Origin: Euglena gracilis
Lineage: Eukaryota
NCBI GenBank assembly: GCA_039621445.1
Contig: CP154954.1
Span: 2,914,001 to 2,978,000 of the forward strand
Length of the DNA stretch: 64,000 nt
Reading direction: 5' to 3'
Part shown: in pieces, positions 1-13,600 of the stretch
Layout: every line of letters begins with the position of its first letter
Numbering within the stretch: position 1 is the first letter of the stretch
Program-made: the position numbers and the translations under genes
Notes under the pieces: model-generated
Database searches by the model: none
What the model was told of the DNA's origin: nothing
The model's input: only the letters and a program-made list of their open reading frames with translations

Positions 1-151
1 AGATGCAGGCACCGGAGGGTCAAAAGTCACCAAAAATTTGCCTGAAGCAACAAAAAATAGTTGAAAAAGTGTTTCCGAAAATTGAATAAAAGTGACCAAA
101 CAAGGGCCAAAAGGATTTTATGCCGCATTTCTCACCCATATAATCCTGTAT

Positions 152-3100
152 AGCGACCAAACAGTGGCCAAAAGGATTTTCTGCCGCATTTCTCACCCGC
201 ACAAATCCGTATAATTGCCGCATAATCCGAATCATTCCCCCCCCGCATAATTTCGACAATTATTGCCTTGTTTACCGACAATGCATAAAGGATAAGTGAC
301 ATGCAGTCTGTCCCCTACACCCATTTCATGTTTGAGAGGCTTTCAGCTCCATTTCAGCATCTTGGACCTCCCACATCTGCAGCCCTACCCCAGACCACTT
401 CGCCGCCTGTGGTTGCTCTCCACTGGTTCCTATATCCGGCGGCCTCCACTTCCCTCTGCACATCTCCTCTGGACCAGAGATTTTTTTTTTCAGTTTGGTG
501 ACCCGGGGGGGGGTTCCAGACCACCCCCGTTCTTAAAGAAAATTCCTGGTCCCACAAGCAGTGTGCTGGTCTACTCGGCCCACTTACGACCGACCGCCTT
601 TGTTCTTTTTTTGAAGACGATGATGCAAGATTGCGAAAGGTGCCAAAGTGAAAAGGCCAAAGGTGCTGAAAAAGCTATTTGGGGAGTTGTTGGAGTGTCT
701 GTGGCTTTTTGCAGTCAGTTTCAACAGCTTTGGATCCCCTCCACTCTCTTGGCCCCCATAATCTCCACATGCAAATTTGGCCCAAAAGTTGGCCTTCGGC
801 CGTGCAACCTTGTCCCCCCATTAGGCTTTTTTGGCTTATTTATCATGGCCTAAATTTTTAACATTCGACTTTCCCCCCAAATTGCCCTCGGGGCCGTACC
901 TTCATTTGTGGCCCGTGCCAAGCGCCCAGGAAGGGATGGATGGATGAGTTCATTCTCCATTCTCAAACTCAAACTCCATTTGAGTTTCCTTTGTTTGCTT
1001 AATCAACGGTCACAAAAATTTAGTACGTTTTAACGATTCCTTAACTGCAAAAATGAATTTGACAGAATTTGACAGGAAATTTTATGTTTTGTTTTCTTTT
1101 TATTTATTTATTTTATATCATTTCATTTTACTTTACTTTACTTTATTTTATTTTTGCCAATTGCCTTTCCTTCATTTTTGAATTTCTTTTGGCCAACAAA
1201 TTGCATTTTGTCGAAGTCAGAGCGCAATTTTTTTTTGGAATTCATACCTGTCGAATTCCCATTCCTTGTGTTTTTTGTGGCTTTATTTGTTTATTTGCGT
1301 TTTGTTCTGTTGCATTTGTTGAGACTCCAGTTGAAGCGCAACCCCCCCACAGTTATGAACCACACACTTAAGGTGTCCACGTATGGTCTACATCGCTCAG
1401 CTTGGGGGGGATGCACACCCTCCTTGGTCATTGATAGCATGTTTGGCAGATGTCGATCGGTTTCAACGGCAGTCAATGGCAGTCAATTAGTTTCAATGCC
1501 CTGTAGCAGGTGTACGTACAGAATGCACATAGTTACCAAAGGCGTTTTTTTAAAAAAAATTGGTGCCCGGTGCTGGAAGGGGGTTTTTTTCTCCTGTTTT
1601 TGGGACAAAGCCCGAATTTTCGACCCATCATCGAAAATCAACTCACAGAAGAGGTCGCCGAAGGGGAAGCCCTCCCGCCCCCCAGGCCCAGGGGTTATAC
1701 CCCCCCCCCCCAGGAGGAGAACTGAAAGCCGCCGGGGACAATTTTTTTTCGGCTGCAAACCACCCAAAAACTGATTTTTTGTCATTTTCTTGAGACCGAC
1801 CATTATCAAAAATGACATTTTGACCAAATTTGCCGAAAATTTCGTTGTTGGCGTTTTGTCTGTTTGTCTTTTTTTTTTGCTGCGGCTGCCTCCACCAAAG
1901 CCAAAAGCGGGTTCTCGCCGTCCTCTCCGAACCCCAATGCATATATCAAGGAAGTTTATTACTATTTCAAACCGAGCCTGCTTTGGTGGGAGCGGTCGGG
2001 GAGAGCGGCCTGCTCGCTTCTGATTTGGGGCATTCTTTGGTTTCCAGTTTAATCAGCCCCTTTTTTATTGACCCCCGGGTCCCTCAGCAATCCTCTGACT
2101 CATTTCATTTAGGCCTTTGATGGGATGGGTTACACAACTCAAAGCAAATCAGCAGGACAGAACCTTTGGGCACGGTCGCCCAACAGTGCCAAAAACAGTG
2201 GATCCCTGCGACCACTACCAAAGGCTGCAGGTCAGAGGGTTTGCATGACCCTCAGGGAAAAGACTTTATTTTGCCTTTGGATTTTTTTTTCCATTCTGAC
2301 TACATCAAAGAGGGCGAATGGTATGCCTTTGTCCATCCAGCTGGAACCGGCCACCGAAAATCCAGCAAAGGCTGGTTTGGGGGTTTCCAGCTAAAATTTA
2401 GAGGTATAACGGCCAAAATCCTCAAAATACCATTTTTGCCCCCCCCCCTTTCTTACAAAGATTTTTGCTGTTTCAAAGTTCGATGCCTGGCTCAGAAGCT
2501 TTTCTTCCCCTCGGGGGAGAAAACCCACTTTTGGGTAACTCTATTTTTGGGTCAAACCTCCCTGAACCCTTCACACCCGAGCCAAGAACCCCTGAGTGTG
2601 AATTTCTTTTGGCAAGTAAGCAAATTTTTCCACAGTCCGTCACAGCAGAATGTTGATAATCTGTTTTTTCTTCTTCCAGAAGTCAGTGTATGTCAGTGCA
2701 TGCCTTTTTGCAGTTGTGTGTACTTGTGTGCGGTTTTATACAGTGATTTTTTTTTGCCTGCCCGTGTGGATGTTTTGCCCCCCCCCCCCCCCTGGGTGTC
2801 CCCCCACTTTTCCATTTTTCCCCAAGGCACACATTTTTAGGCCAATGTTTTCATGCAAACTTTAGGAATAGCTGGGGGCCCTCACCCCCCCCCCCCCATT
2901 CTGGCTTGGAGGTACCTGACCACCCCCCCACCCATCAGGCGTTTCGGTGTGGCCCTGTTGATGTTGATATGGCGGCTTGGCCACAAGCCCAGAGAGGGGA
3001 CAGTTGGCCCAAAACCCCAACGGCTTCCACCCGCAACACAGGGCCACAGGGCCCCTCCCTGACCCACTTCTTGCCTCCCAAGTGGATGGCGAGTGGATGT

Positions 3101-4000
3101 CCGTCATGCGCAGGCATCCCGATGCGCTGCAGCCCCTGCAATGTGGTCTGCGACAGAACTATGTGTGCGTGGGCTTTGTTGTCGGATTGTGTGTTTATTG
3201 CGGAACGAGTTGGGAGGAGAACGAGCGACCCGAGCTTCCTGAAAACAGCTGGATTCTTTTCCACCAACAGCAATTTTGAGAGACAGACCAGTTTTGAGAG
3301 GGGGAATTAAAATGGCAGTCAAAACAAATTGATGGTGAAGATATCACGGCAGCTGTTTTTTGTTGCACCCACCAATGGGTTCAAGCACCCCCAACCCAGC
3401 CCCAGGCGCTTGGCTCCACTCCTCCTTGCATGTGCACCTGTCCCCCTAAAGTTGGCTTCAGCCTTCCCTTGCCACCTTGGCCGCCCATTTTTTAAGGTTT
3501 TTGGCCCATTTTGTGCATGGCCTGCCGAAATTCTGAACATGCAAACTTGGCCCCCTAAGTTGGCCCTCCCGGCCTTGCCATCACAATTGACGGCAAGGCC
3601 AGGGTTCCAACCTTCGGGACAAGCGCAGCCAAGTCGGGGGCCAAGTGCCCAGTATGCAATTTGCCCCCCTTTCAATCATGGCTTGGGCAAATCCCCCGGC
3701 TGGGGGGGTGTGGCCGATTTGGGCCACAGAAATGAACCAAGATATTGGCCCGGAGGAGGTCAGGCAGATGGAAGGAGGGGTCCCGGACCTCCCAAGTGAA
3801 GTCATCAATGAACATTCATTGGGGAGGGGTACCCTCGGCCGGTGAACCTCACCAGTTTGAGGCTCAGGGGTGAAATTTTGATGTGCCTTTTCTGTTGTGT
3901 ATATTTTTTTGTTCTTTTTCCACACCCCCTGCTCCAGTCCAATGTTTGGCTGGTCTAGAGGTGACCGCACGTGGACTGGCACGGGGACTTGCACCGGCAC
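152..4000 (+). repeat. Dispersed segmental duplication, copy 1 (partner 58256-62711)
   Basis: Colinear and highly similar to 58256-62711, from AGCGACCAAACAGTGGCCAAAAGG to GGGGACTTGCACCGGCAC. Many spurious ORFs recur in both copies (e.g. MGTVAQQCQKQW at 2166 and 60893). Confidence 0.95.
3401..3650 (+). repeat. Dispersed MITE-like repeat with CCAGGCGCTTGGC...GCCAAGYGCC ends and internal CATGCAAACTTGG motif
   Basis: The same motifs recur at ~735-930, 53908-54068 (inverted), 55308-55500, 57125-57345, 58850-59045 and 62104-62355. TSD not resolved. Confidence 0.55.
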
Positions 4001-5321
4001 CCGCACCGGCACTGGCACTGGCACGGGCATGGGCAATTGCACCGGAACGGGCATGGGTCCACCAACACTGGCCTTTCCAACACACATCGGTGGGTCCCAT
4101 TGAATTCTGGCGCTCCTACCTGTGAGGCACCCTCCGGGATGGTGCCTGCGCAGGGAGGGCTGGTCAAGGCCTCGGTGGCACCTTCGAGGGCCTGGACACG
4201 GCTTCCGGGGCATCCTTCTGCATAGCACTTTGCATGAGGGTGAAGGCCTCAACGGCAACACTTGGGACGGCACCTGCACAGGGGGGAGGGCTACGCATTG
4301 CCACCGGGGCACCCTCTTGGATCAAAACGCGGTTGATAGGGCTGGGCGCGTCCCCCTCGGTACCCTCCAGATTGGCTCCGGCTCCACGAGGGGGGCTGCT
4401 CGAGGCCTCACGGGGGTCCTCTGCTGTGTTCAGCTGGATGTTGGTTGGAGGTTTGGGAAATGGCTGCAAACCCTCCGAAACAAAACGGACCGCCCCGGCA
4501 ATGGTGTGTCGTCGGCCCCTGGTGCCTGTGGTGTACCGTGCGGCTCTTAGGTGTGGACCTCCTCCTCCACAACCTTGACGATGGGGGCTCCGAGAGGCAG
4601 TGTGGGGATGGCCGCCAGGGTGTTCAGGCACGAGCTGAGATCGCTCATTTGACTGCTTGGAGGTGGAACTGGGGGGGATTTGCGGGCGCGGGGGTTGTGG
4701 TCGGTGTGGGACAAAGGTCTGCCAGAACAATGGATTGTTGGCTTGCCTGATGTGTGGGGCTGGGTACCTGGGGTTTGGGGGCACGAGCTGACCCTTGGGA
4801 GCGCAGGTATTGAAGCATCTTCCGAAACTAGTTGTGGAGCTCCTTGGTGCGGACATCGGAGGCCGCCACCGGCGTTGCAGGAAGCAGCTCCAGACCGAAC
4901 AATCGAGTTTCTCTGGGTAGGGCGACGTTGGCGATGCTCTCTTTGAAGTCCCGCATATTGGGAGAATGCTTTCCTAGCTTGCGATGAAGCGTCCCATCAG
5001 CACCCCACCAAGCTGCGGGCGGGGTCGGTGGTGTCTCACTTGGGGTATGGAAGGGGACTCCTCCTCGCGGTCGAAGAGCGTGGTACGTAGGCGATGATGC
5101 GGCAGCGGACACCGAGGGAGAATACGTCAGCAGGGTCTGTGAGGTCTGGTTGAGGGTCATAAGTAAATTGGTCATAAGTAAGGGTACGTTTTGTGCAAAA
5201 GTACATCAATGTGGTGACCTTTGGCTCAAAGCACTGGTAGGAACAAATCCACGTTTTTGGATTGTGGTCTTGGACCTGACCTGGAAAATCGGTGCACAGG
5301 ATGCGATTTGGGTGCTGTGCC

Positions 5322-5641
5322 CAGGGCGGTCCTTACGGGACAGGAAATTTCCTTAAGGAATTTTAAATTTCCTTAAGGGCCGCCTCCCATTCAGCCAAAG
5401 GGCCGGCTAAGGGCCAGACTGGGAATTGAACGGGGACAAAAATTAAACAGTCAAAAAAACACAGTTTTTGATGATTTGGGTGGATGGACGATGGTCCAAG
5501 GGTGCCAGGAATCATTTTTTTGCCTGATGTCGACCTGTTCTCGCTGTAAATGCCAAAATTTCGCCCATTTTCCTGTGTATTTTTCACTGAGTGTGCTGGG
5601 ACAGCGGAGTTTTTTTTTTTATTTGCTTAAGGACCGCCCTG
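5322..5641 (+). mobile_element. hAT-type MITE (320 bp)
   Basis: TIR CAGGGCGGTCCTTA...TAAGGACCGCCCTG; perfect 8-bp TSD GCTGTGCC (5314-5321, 5642-5649); same family as 36666-36976. Confidence 0.92.
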
Positions 5642-5689
5642 GCTGTGCCCAGCGTGTCGGCTTCCACAGAAACCCCAGATGTACGCCTG

Positions 5690-8600
5690 CTCTCTTCTGA
5701 CAGGGTTCTCCGGAAGTCTTTGCCCCGGCCCCCCTCCCAAATATGGCCGCCCCGTTCAGCCTCTTGCAGCAGCTCCCCGGCAAGTCCGACCTGTGGCTGC
5801 AGCTGCGCGGCTCCGAAGCGGCTCGGACTGCGCCCAGACCACATCACACGGTAGACCCTGAAGATCGTTGCCTGCCACCCTGTGAAGTTGCCTTCATCCC
5901 CTGGCCTCATATCCAATCTTGACCATGCACATGGGGGGAAGAAACCCGGTTTTGTGATATTGATTGGAGAGGCACGGGAACTTTTGCCGGACCCCGGTGT
6001 GTCCAGCCAGCCAGCCAGCCTGCGTCTTTTCCCAGCCTCGGACCCCGTCCCCTGCATAGCCCGGTTTTAATCTCTGTCCAGCCCCCGAAGGGCGGCTGCA
6101 GTGTAGTGTATTTTTTCTTCAAATGCAAAGTGCATGGGTCAAAACGGGGCAAACAAACGGGGGAAAATTTGTAAGAATCGGTCGGATATGGCCTGCCTAG
6201 CTCAAAAATTGGTCAAAATCAAATGGTCAAATTGGTCAAATTTTTTTACATGATTTGCAGATGGCTTTTTTTCCTTCAGTTTCGATATTCTTCTAATGCC
6301 TGGCTCAACCCCACATCAAGCCTGTTCCATCCGGGAGACTCTACGACAGACGGGTTGGTAGCAACATTTCGCTGACCGATATTGCGGCCTGCCCCCGCTC
6401 TCCGTCTTGCAGGCTCATCATACTCTCGTTGTGGCAGGAGGCATTGCTGGCTGACAAACTTGCAAGGGTGGACGGACCCATGAGCGCCAGCGGGAATGCT
6501 TTTGAATCGGTCACACCAGCGAATGATAAAACTGGCAGTAGTTGCCACGTTCTCGCATGCATTGACGACGTCTGCCGTATGATGCAAAAAAGTTAGTCGA
6601 TGATTTTGGGAAAGCGGCCGAAACCGATGAGGTATTTGGGCAATGGAAGGGTGCGTGCCGTCCACAGTCCCCGTGTTTTGGCTGTGGGGTGGCAGCAGAG
6701 AGATTCACCCTACCTGAGATGGAGGGCAGGTTGCTTTCAATTCAGCGGGCTTTCCGGCCACCTAATATTTAATGTTTCAGACCAGCGCTGCGCAGGCAAG
6801 GCTGAAAACTGGTCGTATGGCCATGGTCATAACACTCTGTCCATCCTCTTATGGATCCCGGAGTTTACCGGACGCCCACCCTGTTGTAGGTAAAGCCCTG
6901 CTTTCAGGCATTATTTTTTAAGTCAAATAACTTGAAACATTTCCAAGGTTTTAAAGTAGGCATTTTGCAGGGTTGCTTTAGTTTTTTTTCCTTCGGATTT
7001 TCTTTCTTTGGGGTTTTTGGTGTTTTAGGATTCTTTAGATTCCCAGGATATAGAGAGGCCGCCTGGGCATCAAACGGGGTCCAAAATTACTAAGGTGAAA
7101 CCCGTTTTCCTCAGTTAGAGTGGTGCCATAAATTCTTTTTTCCCGGAGTTGGTTTGCTTTTTTGTTTTTGCAACATCATTTTTGCTCGGTCAGAAACAAG
7201 CTTTGCCAGAATGATTTCTAAGAGTTTTTTTTATATAGAGTTTTAAGGCTTTTTTCAAAATTTGGCCATTTTTTCTGGTTTTTTAAGGTTTCCCCAGCAC
7301 TGCTCCCAAGTCCCGACCCGTCCAAACCTGGGGGCCCTCTCCCCCCTCGTCGTTCCCCCAAGTCCCCCTACGGTTCCCAGTCCTCTCCTCCGCTGCCGTG
7401 GAGCACTATTGGCGGCCTCGATATCAGCCTGCGAGGCCGGATTCCCATGTGATTTTTTGTAAGTTTTGCCTGACATTGGCAGACGTGGACAATTGAACAT
7501 TGGACAGAGATTCTATTTTGGAACGTTCCAACGTTGCTGTGCGGGGGGGGTCAGTAGCTGCGTTACACTACAGGCCCGCGCCTTTGGGGGACAGGGCTGC
7601 CAGCTCCCTGCCCGCCCCCGAACCCCTGGCCCCCGGGGTGCTGGACTGCTGCCCCCCGCACTGCGGGCTGCAGCTCGCCGGGGCTCCCCGGGCTGACTGG
7701 GCGGCGGGCCCGTCGGCGCCGCTCACCCGCCCGTCCCCGCACCGTGCTGCCGGATGTGGGGACGTGCAGGGTTGCTTATGCCTGCCCTCCCCCTCCTGAC
7801 TGCTTTTTTTTTGGTCTGTTGGTTTGGGGAAACCGATTAACCCCTTTTGGCAGGGCGTCTGGTTTCTGGCGTCTGCGTTTCTGTTGACGTTGTTTTGTGT
7901 GGTTTTGTTTTGGGGGGGAGTTTGTATTTTTGCCCCAAAACCTGACTTGTCCAGCGTACCTCCCGAGTGCGTGCTTGCCACCAAGCACCTATGAAATGAC
8001 CGGGGGTGAGCGGGCATGACTGGGTCTGGGTTTCTGGATGACTGTGGGTGCTTGCCTGCTACTCATTCCAGCCAAGCAATTGCATGGGTGGGACTGTCTC
8101 ACTGGCAGAGCCCGGCATTATCATCGCTGACGTGCCGCTCTCCCACGCACTCCTGCGGCCCGAGGTACATGGCGGCCAGGCAGATCCTCTGACAGACGGG
8201 CAACTGATGCCGCGGTGAGGGTCTGCCTGCCTCTGATCCCCCTCTGATGGGTCCCAGCCTACCTCCCCCCATGTCGCCCAGGAAGGCGGCAGCCCACCAT
8301 ACGGTGCACAATCCGTACTCCTTTGACGGTGCTTTGGCAATGTTCAGTTTGCTGTACAGCAGTGTGTGTGTCTGGGGGGCAGGGGATGTTCAGCTTTCGT
8401 CTAACTCCCGGAGTAAACGACGCGAGTCAAGAAGGAAAGCGCTCATTTCTTGATTCACCATTTCAATCATTGTTCTGTTCATTTTATTGGATTTCCCATG
8501 AAAGTCTTCCAGAATTGCACATTTCTGGGTTTTAGCAGTTGGAAGTTGTCCACATTGAGGACTGCAGCCCCATTTCAAGGCCGCACTCTTTTTATTCGGT

Positions 8601-9078
8601 CCTCCAAGGTTTAGGGCCAATAGGTCTTCCTCGTTTCTAAACCTGGCCCCAGGACCCTTGCGATGGCCCTCAATGTGTGGTCCACGTTGGCTCGTGATCA
8701 ACTCAAAAGTCTGACAACCCGTACCCAGACTTTCCCCTCCCTCCTCCCTCCCTCCCTCCCTCCCTCGCTACACCTTTTGTGCACCTGTGCACTCTGCCCC
8801 TCGGACTGGTTGTAGTCCACGTGCAGCACGTCCAGCTTTGTCCCCGTCGACAGCACCCACTGCTTCACCTCCTCCTTGTACACCTCCGCGATGGGCAGGT
8901 TGCGGGAGGTACTGCGGGGGCGGATCCGCCCCGGCTTGGCGGCGGGCTTCGGCTCCTGCGCTGCAGCGGCCTCAGCTGGGGCGGGCTCCGCTCCAGCCTC
9001 CGCCGCCTCGGTCCCGGACTCCGCCTGCCCGGGGACGGCAGCCTCCCCCTCTGGGGGGACAGCAACAGGGTCGGCCAT
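5690..9078 (-). pseudogene. Decayed multi-segment gene of unknown function, copy 1 (starts MADPVAVPPEGE...)
   Basis: GC-rich first segment 9078-8698 preceded by CCTCAG|GTCACACACC-ATG. The frame reads through a TGA into SRANVDHTLRAIARVLG. Blocks at ~5700, 5910, 6390, 7295, 7580, 8080 and 8440 have colinear diverged counterparts in 17385-23520. Confidence 0.55.
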
Positions 9079-9622
9079 GGTGTGTGACCTGAGGCAAGGC
9101 GCCGTTTCAAAAAGGGGGGGAATGTGACCAGTGACTGAACTGCACGTGCAACAACTGAATTCAGCACATTGAAATGCCTTCTAACCTACGGCAAGCAATC
9201 CGCGCAAATTATGACAAAAAATCATCCGACTTAGGCATTTTCAGGCAAAAAATGGAAAAAGTGTGAAACGTTCTGACGGGACGCACAAAATGGATTATTC
9301 TGGTCCGTAACAACGGGGGGTATGGATATGCTACGTTTTCGTAATCTTTCATGGCGTATCTGTGTCAAAAACTGCCGAACACAAACCGGGGGTGACACAT
9401 CACGCATTCGGGTCGCGAAACAGTTAACACACTGGCGGTTTACTGTTGGACATCCGTAGGCCTGCTTTTTTGGAAATCCAGAAGGTGTCTAGAGGGGAGT
9501 TGTCAACTTTTTTCTTTTGGCGAACATGCACCTGGTTATGGCGCATCGAATGATCCATAAAATAAAGTGTGGTGTGACTTGTATCAAAAGTTACTAAACC
9601 GTCGCCTCATCAGCAAATCCGC

Positions 9623-10690
9623 TCAGTCGGACCCCTCGAAGGGGTCCGCCGGGACGTACACACGAGCCGCCCTCGGCGGCACCGTGTCCCGACTGCTGGT
9701 GGCCGCCCCACGCCCTGCGGGGTCCGCCGGTACCCGCCCGCCCGCCCGCGGAGGTGACTCGTCGCCCGCTGGTGATTCGAATCGCGACCGTCGAGTCGGT
9801 CGCTCAGGCAGGGACCCCTCGGACGAGGACTCGGCAGCCACGGACAACGGCAGATTCGCGGTGCGCCTCCAGCGGGCGTGCGCTGATCTCCGAGACCAGC
9901 TCCAGGAACGCCGGCAGGTCGCTCCGCACCAGCCGTGCGGACACCCGGTGGATGCGGCCCAGCAGCTGCTCCAGCGACGGGTACCCCAGGTACTCCGGGA
10001 TGGCGTCCACCGCCGTCCGCATCATGGCCATCACGCAGCAGTCGTGGGTGCGGATCACCATCCGGGGGTTCGACGTCATGGCCCTCTTCCAGAAGTTGTC
10101 GAACCACAGGACGCAGCTCCGCCCCTCCGACTGCTGCCACAGGTCCTCCAGCCGCTAACAGGCCCGCTGTCGCCGCCACTGCCGGTTCCACATCGGCTCC
10201 TCCGGCAGGATCCCACTGGGCCGCAGCAGCCGGCTGGCCGCCCGGTGCCTGGCCAGCAGCGCCTCGTGCTCCTCCGCCACCACCCGCTGCGCCGACCGCG
10301 GGCAGGCGTGCTGCCGCAGCGCCCGGTACACCGCCCAGGCGTCCTTGAGCAGCAGCTCAATCCGCGGCCGCCGCGGCTCCCGGGCCAGCTCCTCCAGCAG
10401 CGCCGCGCCCCCCTCCGTCCGCAGCGGCACCCGGGTGTGGGCCACCTGCACCACCAGGGTCTGCAGCGGGTGGCCGCGCTGCACCACCGCCGCCACAAAC
10501 TCCTCGTAGCTGGTGGCGAAGTGGGCCTTCACCAGCTGGCCCAGCACCTTCCTGGCCTCCGCGGCCAAGGCGGCCTCCTCGCTGTAGCCCTCGTAGCCAC
10601 GGCGGCGGGAGTGGGTGCTGCTGGCCTGCAAGGACTCCATTCAGTCCTCCCCAGGTCTGCCGGCACGCCGCCTTTTCACCACCACCTCAA
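9623..10690 (-). pseudogene. 'CVLWFDNFWK' family protein, putative DDE-type transposase fragment
   Basis: ORFs 10640-10155 and 10079-9804 are in the same frame, separated by one TAG (10157-10155). Very GC-rich. Aligns by eye with 30330-32380 and 42631-42950 (ELLLKDAWAVYR..HACP vs ELLLRDA*VLYRTVRHRDCP; CVLWFDNFWK vs CVLWYDNFWK). Confidence 0.65.
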
Positions 10691-13600
10691 ATCTGTTAAC
10701 TTCACACCCCCGTTGTCGCCACCCTGTCCACATCACTCATACAGACACATTACACGCTACATATCCCACAATCCTGTGTGTCATTTCTTTTATTTGGAAC
10801 TGTTTGTGCGCGCAAAATGCGCAAGTCAACAAACAAAAAAGCACACATTAATACACCGCTGTACCCTGCCTGGCCATCCCCCATGTACGTCAACTCCAGA
10901 CAGGGGATACCGGCCATACACCACCATAGAGCCTTAGCCACCCAGCACGTAACACACACTCTCAAATGGTGAGCAGCGTAGCTTCCCATGGGTCATAGCG
11001 TCTCCACCAGCCATACAAATCACACCCCCACTGACACAACGAGTGAATGACAACGTGCAGGTCAATAGACTGGCAGCACAACGCCCTCTGGGTCGTTAAA
11101 CAACCACTTTTCATTTCTGACACAATCTGGGGCGTCAACCACCCTCTCAGCAGCACAGTCAATCACAGTGGGAATAATCGTTTGATGCGCGCATTTGCCC
11201 AAGTGTGCAGTGCGCCACAAACAAAATTTATTCCGTACACCAATTAGAAAGTTCCAATCACCAGGCATTTCTTCGCCCTTGTCCAAAACAGGGTGTCACA
11301 CCCCTCTCCAGACACACCCAATTACATTGTAATTCATAAGTCATGGCACCCAACACACCATCACAATAATTTCGAAATTCATCAAGGGTGTCTGATTTCA
11401 TCGCCCGGCAAACGTTCAGTATCCACAGGTCACATTTGGACACCCAAAAGTCAAAAACCGTACGCCGTCAGATCTGGCCAGTTGGGTGCCGCGGGGTGGT
11501 GTGGGGTGGAAGAGGGTGTCGGCGGGTGTCCCACGGACAGTGTGCAGACAACCATCTGCGGAGAGGGAGGTACAAATGTTCGCGCGCCCGTTTGTATTCG
11601 AAGGGGTTCGAATTGCCCAGCCCTAACGAGTTCCGTCCGCGATCACAAAAATTTCTTTTGGCAGGCAGGGTACAGGGTCCCAGGGGTTACAAAAAAATGG
11701 TTACATTTGCGCAAATGCGCCCATCCTAAAGGGAAAACCCTTAAGTGCGAATTCGGCTGCCTAAGCCCCGGCCCAGAACCCAAAATTGTCATTGTTAAAA
11801 AAAATGTGAAATGCAATTTTTTTTGGCCCCCCAATTTTTCTGGCGCTTTGAGCAGAAAAAAAATTGTTTGTTCGGGGGAGGGGGGTCCTGACTATACCAT
11901 TGCTTAAGGTTTGTCTGACCCCCAGGGGGGTGATTGGCTGGTTTTTTAGGAGTGGTTTTTGGCTCCAGACGCCCCCCCCCCCCGGGAGGTTGGCCACGAA
12001 TGCTCGAAAGTGGCCACCCGGCGCGGAAGCCACGGGAATTTTTTTGAAGTTTCTGGCCTTTTCGGCCCGAGTGCCCCTGTGTGCACTGTGGCTTTTTGTT
12101 TGGTGCCTTTTATCCCTTCTTCTGTTCCCTTCTTCTGGCTGTTTTTCGCCTCTGAACCTTTTTTCTGTGTACGTGGAGGTGGCCGGAGCCTGGCGGGACT
12201 TACCTTTTGTTTACTTCTATGTCCCACCCTTAAAACACTCAAACCCGCCGCAGTTCAGCCACTTTCATCTCACCCAAGCCCTTGTGGGACACTGTGGTGG
12301 CATGGTGGATGGAGACCCTTGATGGCAGGTGCGTCCAAAAATCCAACAGACATGGAGGGAAGGTGATCGATCGGCAGCCTTCAAAACACCTTCACAAACT
12401 TCCCCCCAAATAATATACCCCGCCCCTGGCCTGCGATTTCAGCTGCCCAAATAATGTACCCCCAGCCACACTCCTTTATATAAATCAAGCAAAGCGGAAG
12501 CTCATCAAATTCCCTCTGAAAAAAAGCATATTTTAAAATTATGCTCGGTACAACAAACCTACCAAGGCCCTACTGGTGCGACCCTCGCCCAGTGAAACCC
12601 CTCCCCCAAATGGTATACCTGGTGGTGTTTTATTATACAGGTATCCAAAACTTGGGCCCAGGGTGGGTACTTGAGTCGGGGGGGGTGTATTATTGGGGAA
12701 ATTCTTCAAGCTCAAAAAGACACCCAGAGTTCCCCTTTTCACATAATATCTGGACTTTTCATATTTCTCCTTTTATTTTACGTGATCTCCCATTTGCCCA
12801 CCATTTGGAACCTGGCGATGCATCATGCATCATGCGCCGAAAGCCTGGTGCCTGATGGCTGCCCCCTCCCTCCTGATGTACACGTCTCGGGACAGGTGAT
12901 GCATTGGTCCATTGGGTCCATGTGCTTTTCCCCCAAGGGCAGGTCGGTCAATGGGGCAGTGCATTTTTTTTAAGGACTGCCCCATTATGGACCGTCTTAG
13001 GACTAAGGACCTGCCAATGGCCGGTCTGGGCGTTGAACAGGGTTGAAAATGAAAAATTATGAAATAAAAAACCCCGCATTTTTTGACTTTTTGGGTGGAT
13101 GAGCGATGGCCTTTCTTCAATGGGAATGAAAACTTCAGATTATCACCATGACCCCTGCCCCGTTCCCAAATTTTTTCCCAATCGCGAGCGATTGGATCCC
13201 GGCTTTCTGAACCACTTCTGGTTGGCCCCTAACTCCCACCAGGTCCGAGGTATTCAGCCAACAATGGGTGCAAACTGGGTAGGATTTGTCACCCCCCCCT
13301 CTGGTATTCAACAAACAAAGGAGGAGGCAAACAAGGTGTTGTCCCTCCTTGGTTGCATTTTAGTATTGAGAATGATGTGCTGGAAGAGGTTCGTTATATG
13401 CATTTGCCGCTTCCCTGCCCTGCTTTTTTTGTTATTGTGGCTGCCTGTTCCAAAGCCAAGGCGGTTCTTCCCCACTCATCTAATATCAAAAAGTGACATA
13501 TTTGAACCGGGTCTGTTCGCCTGGGAGCCATTGGGGATGAACCTTGTTTTACCCTCAGGGAACTCCACATCCTGGGGCACCAAATCCATCACGCATTTAT

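Noticed and set aside
9090-9610. Possible TIR pair TGAGGC...GCCTCA around an intergenic segment
   Set aside because: The match is too short and there is no TSD.
9567-10937. 456-aa plus-strand ORF
   Set aside because: Antisense shadow of the GC-rich minus-strand gene; the conserved motif is on the minus strand.
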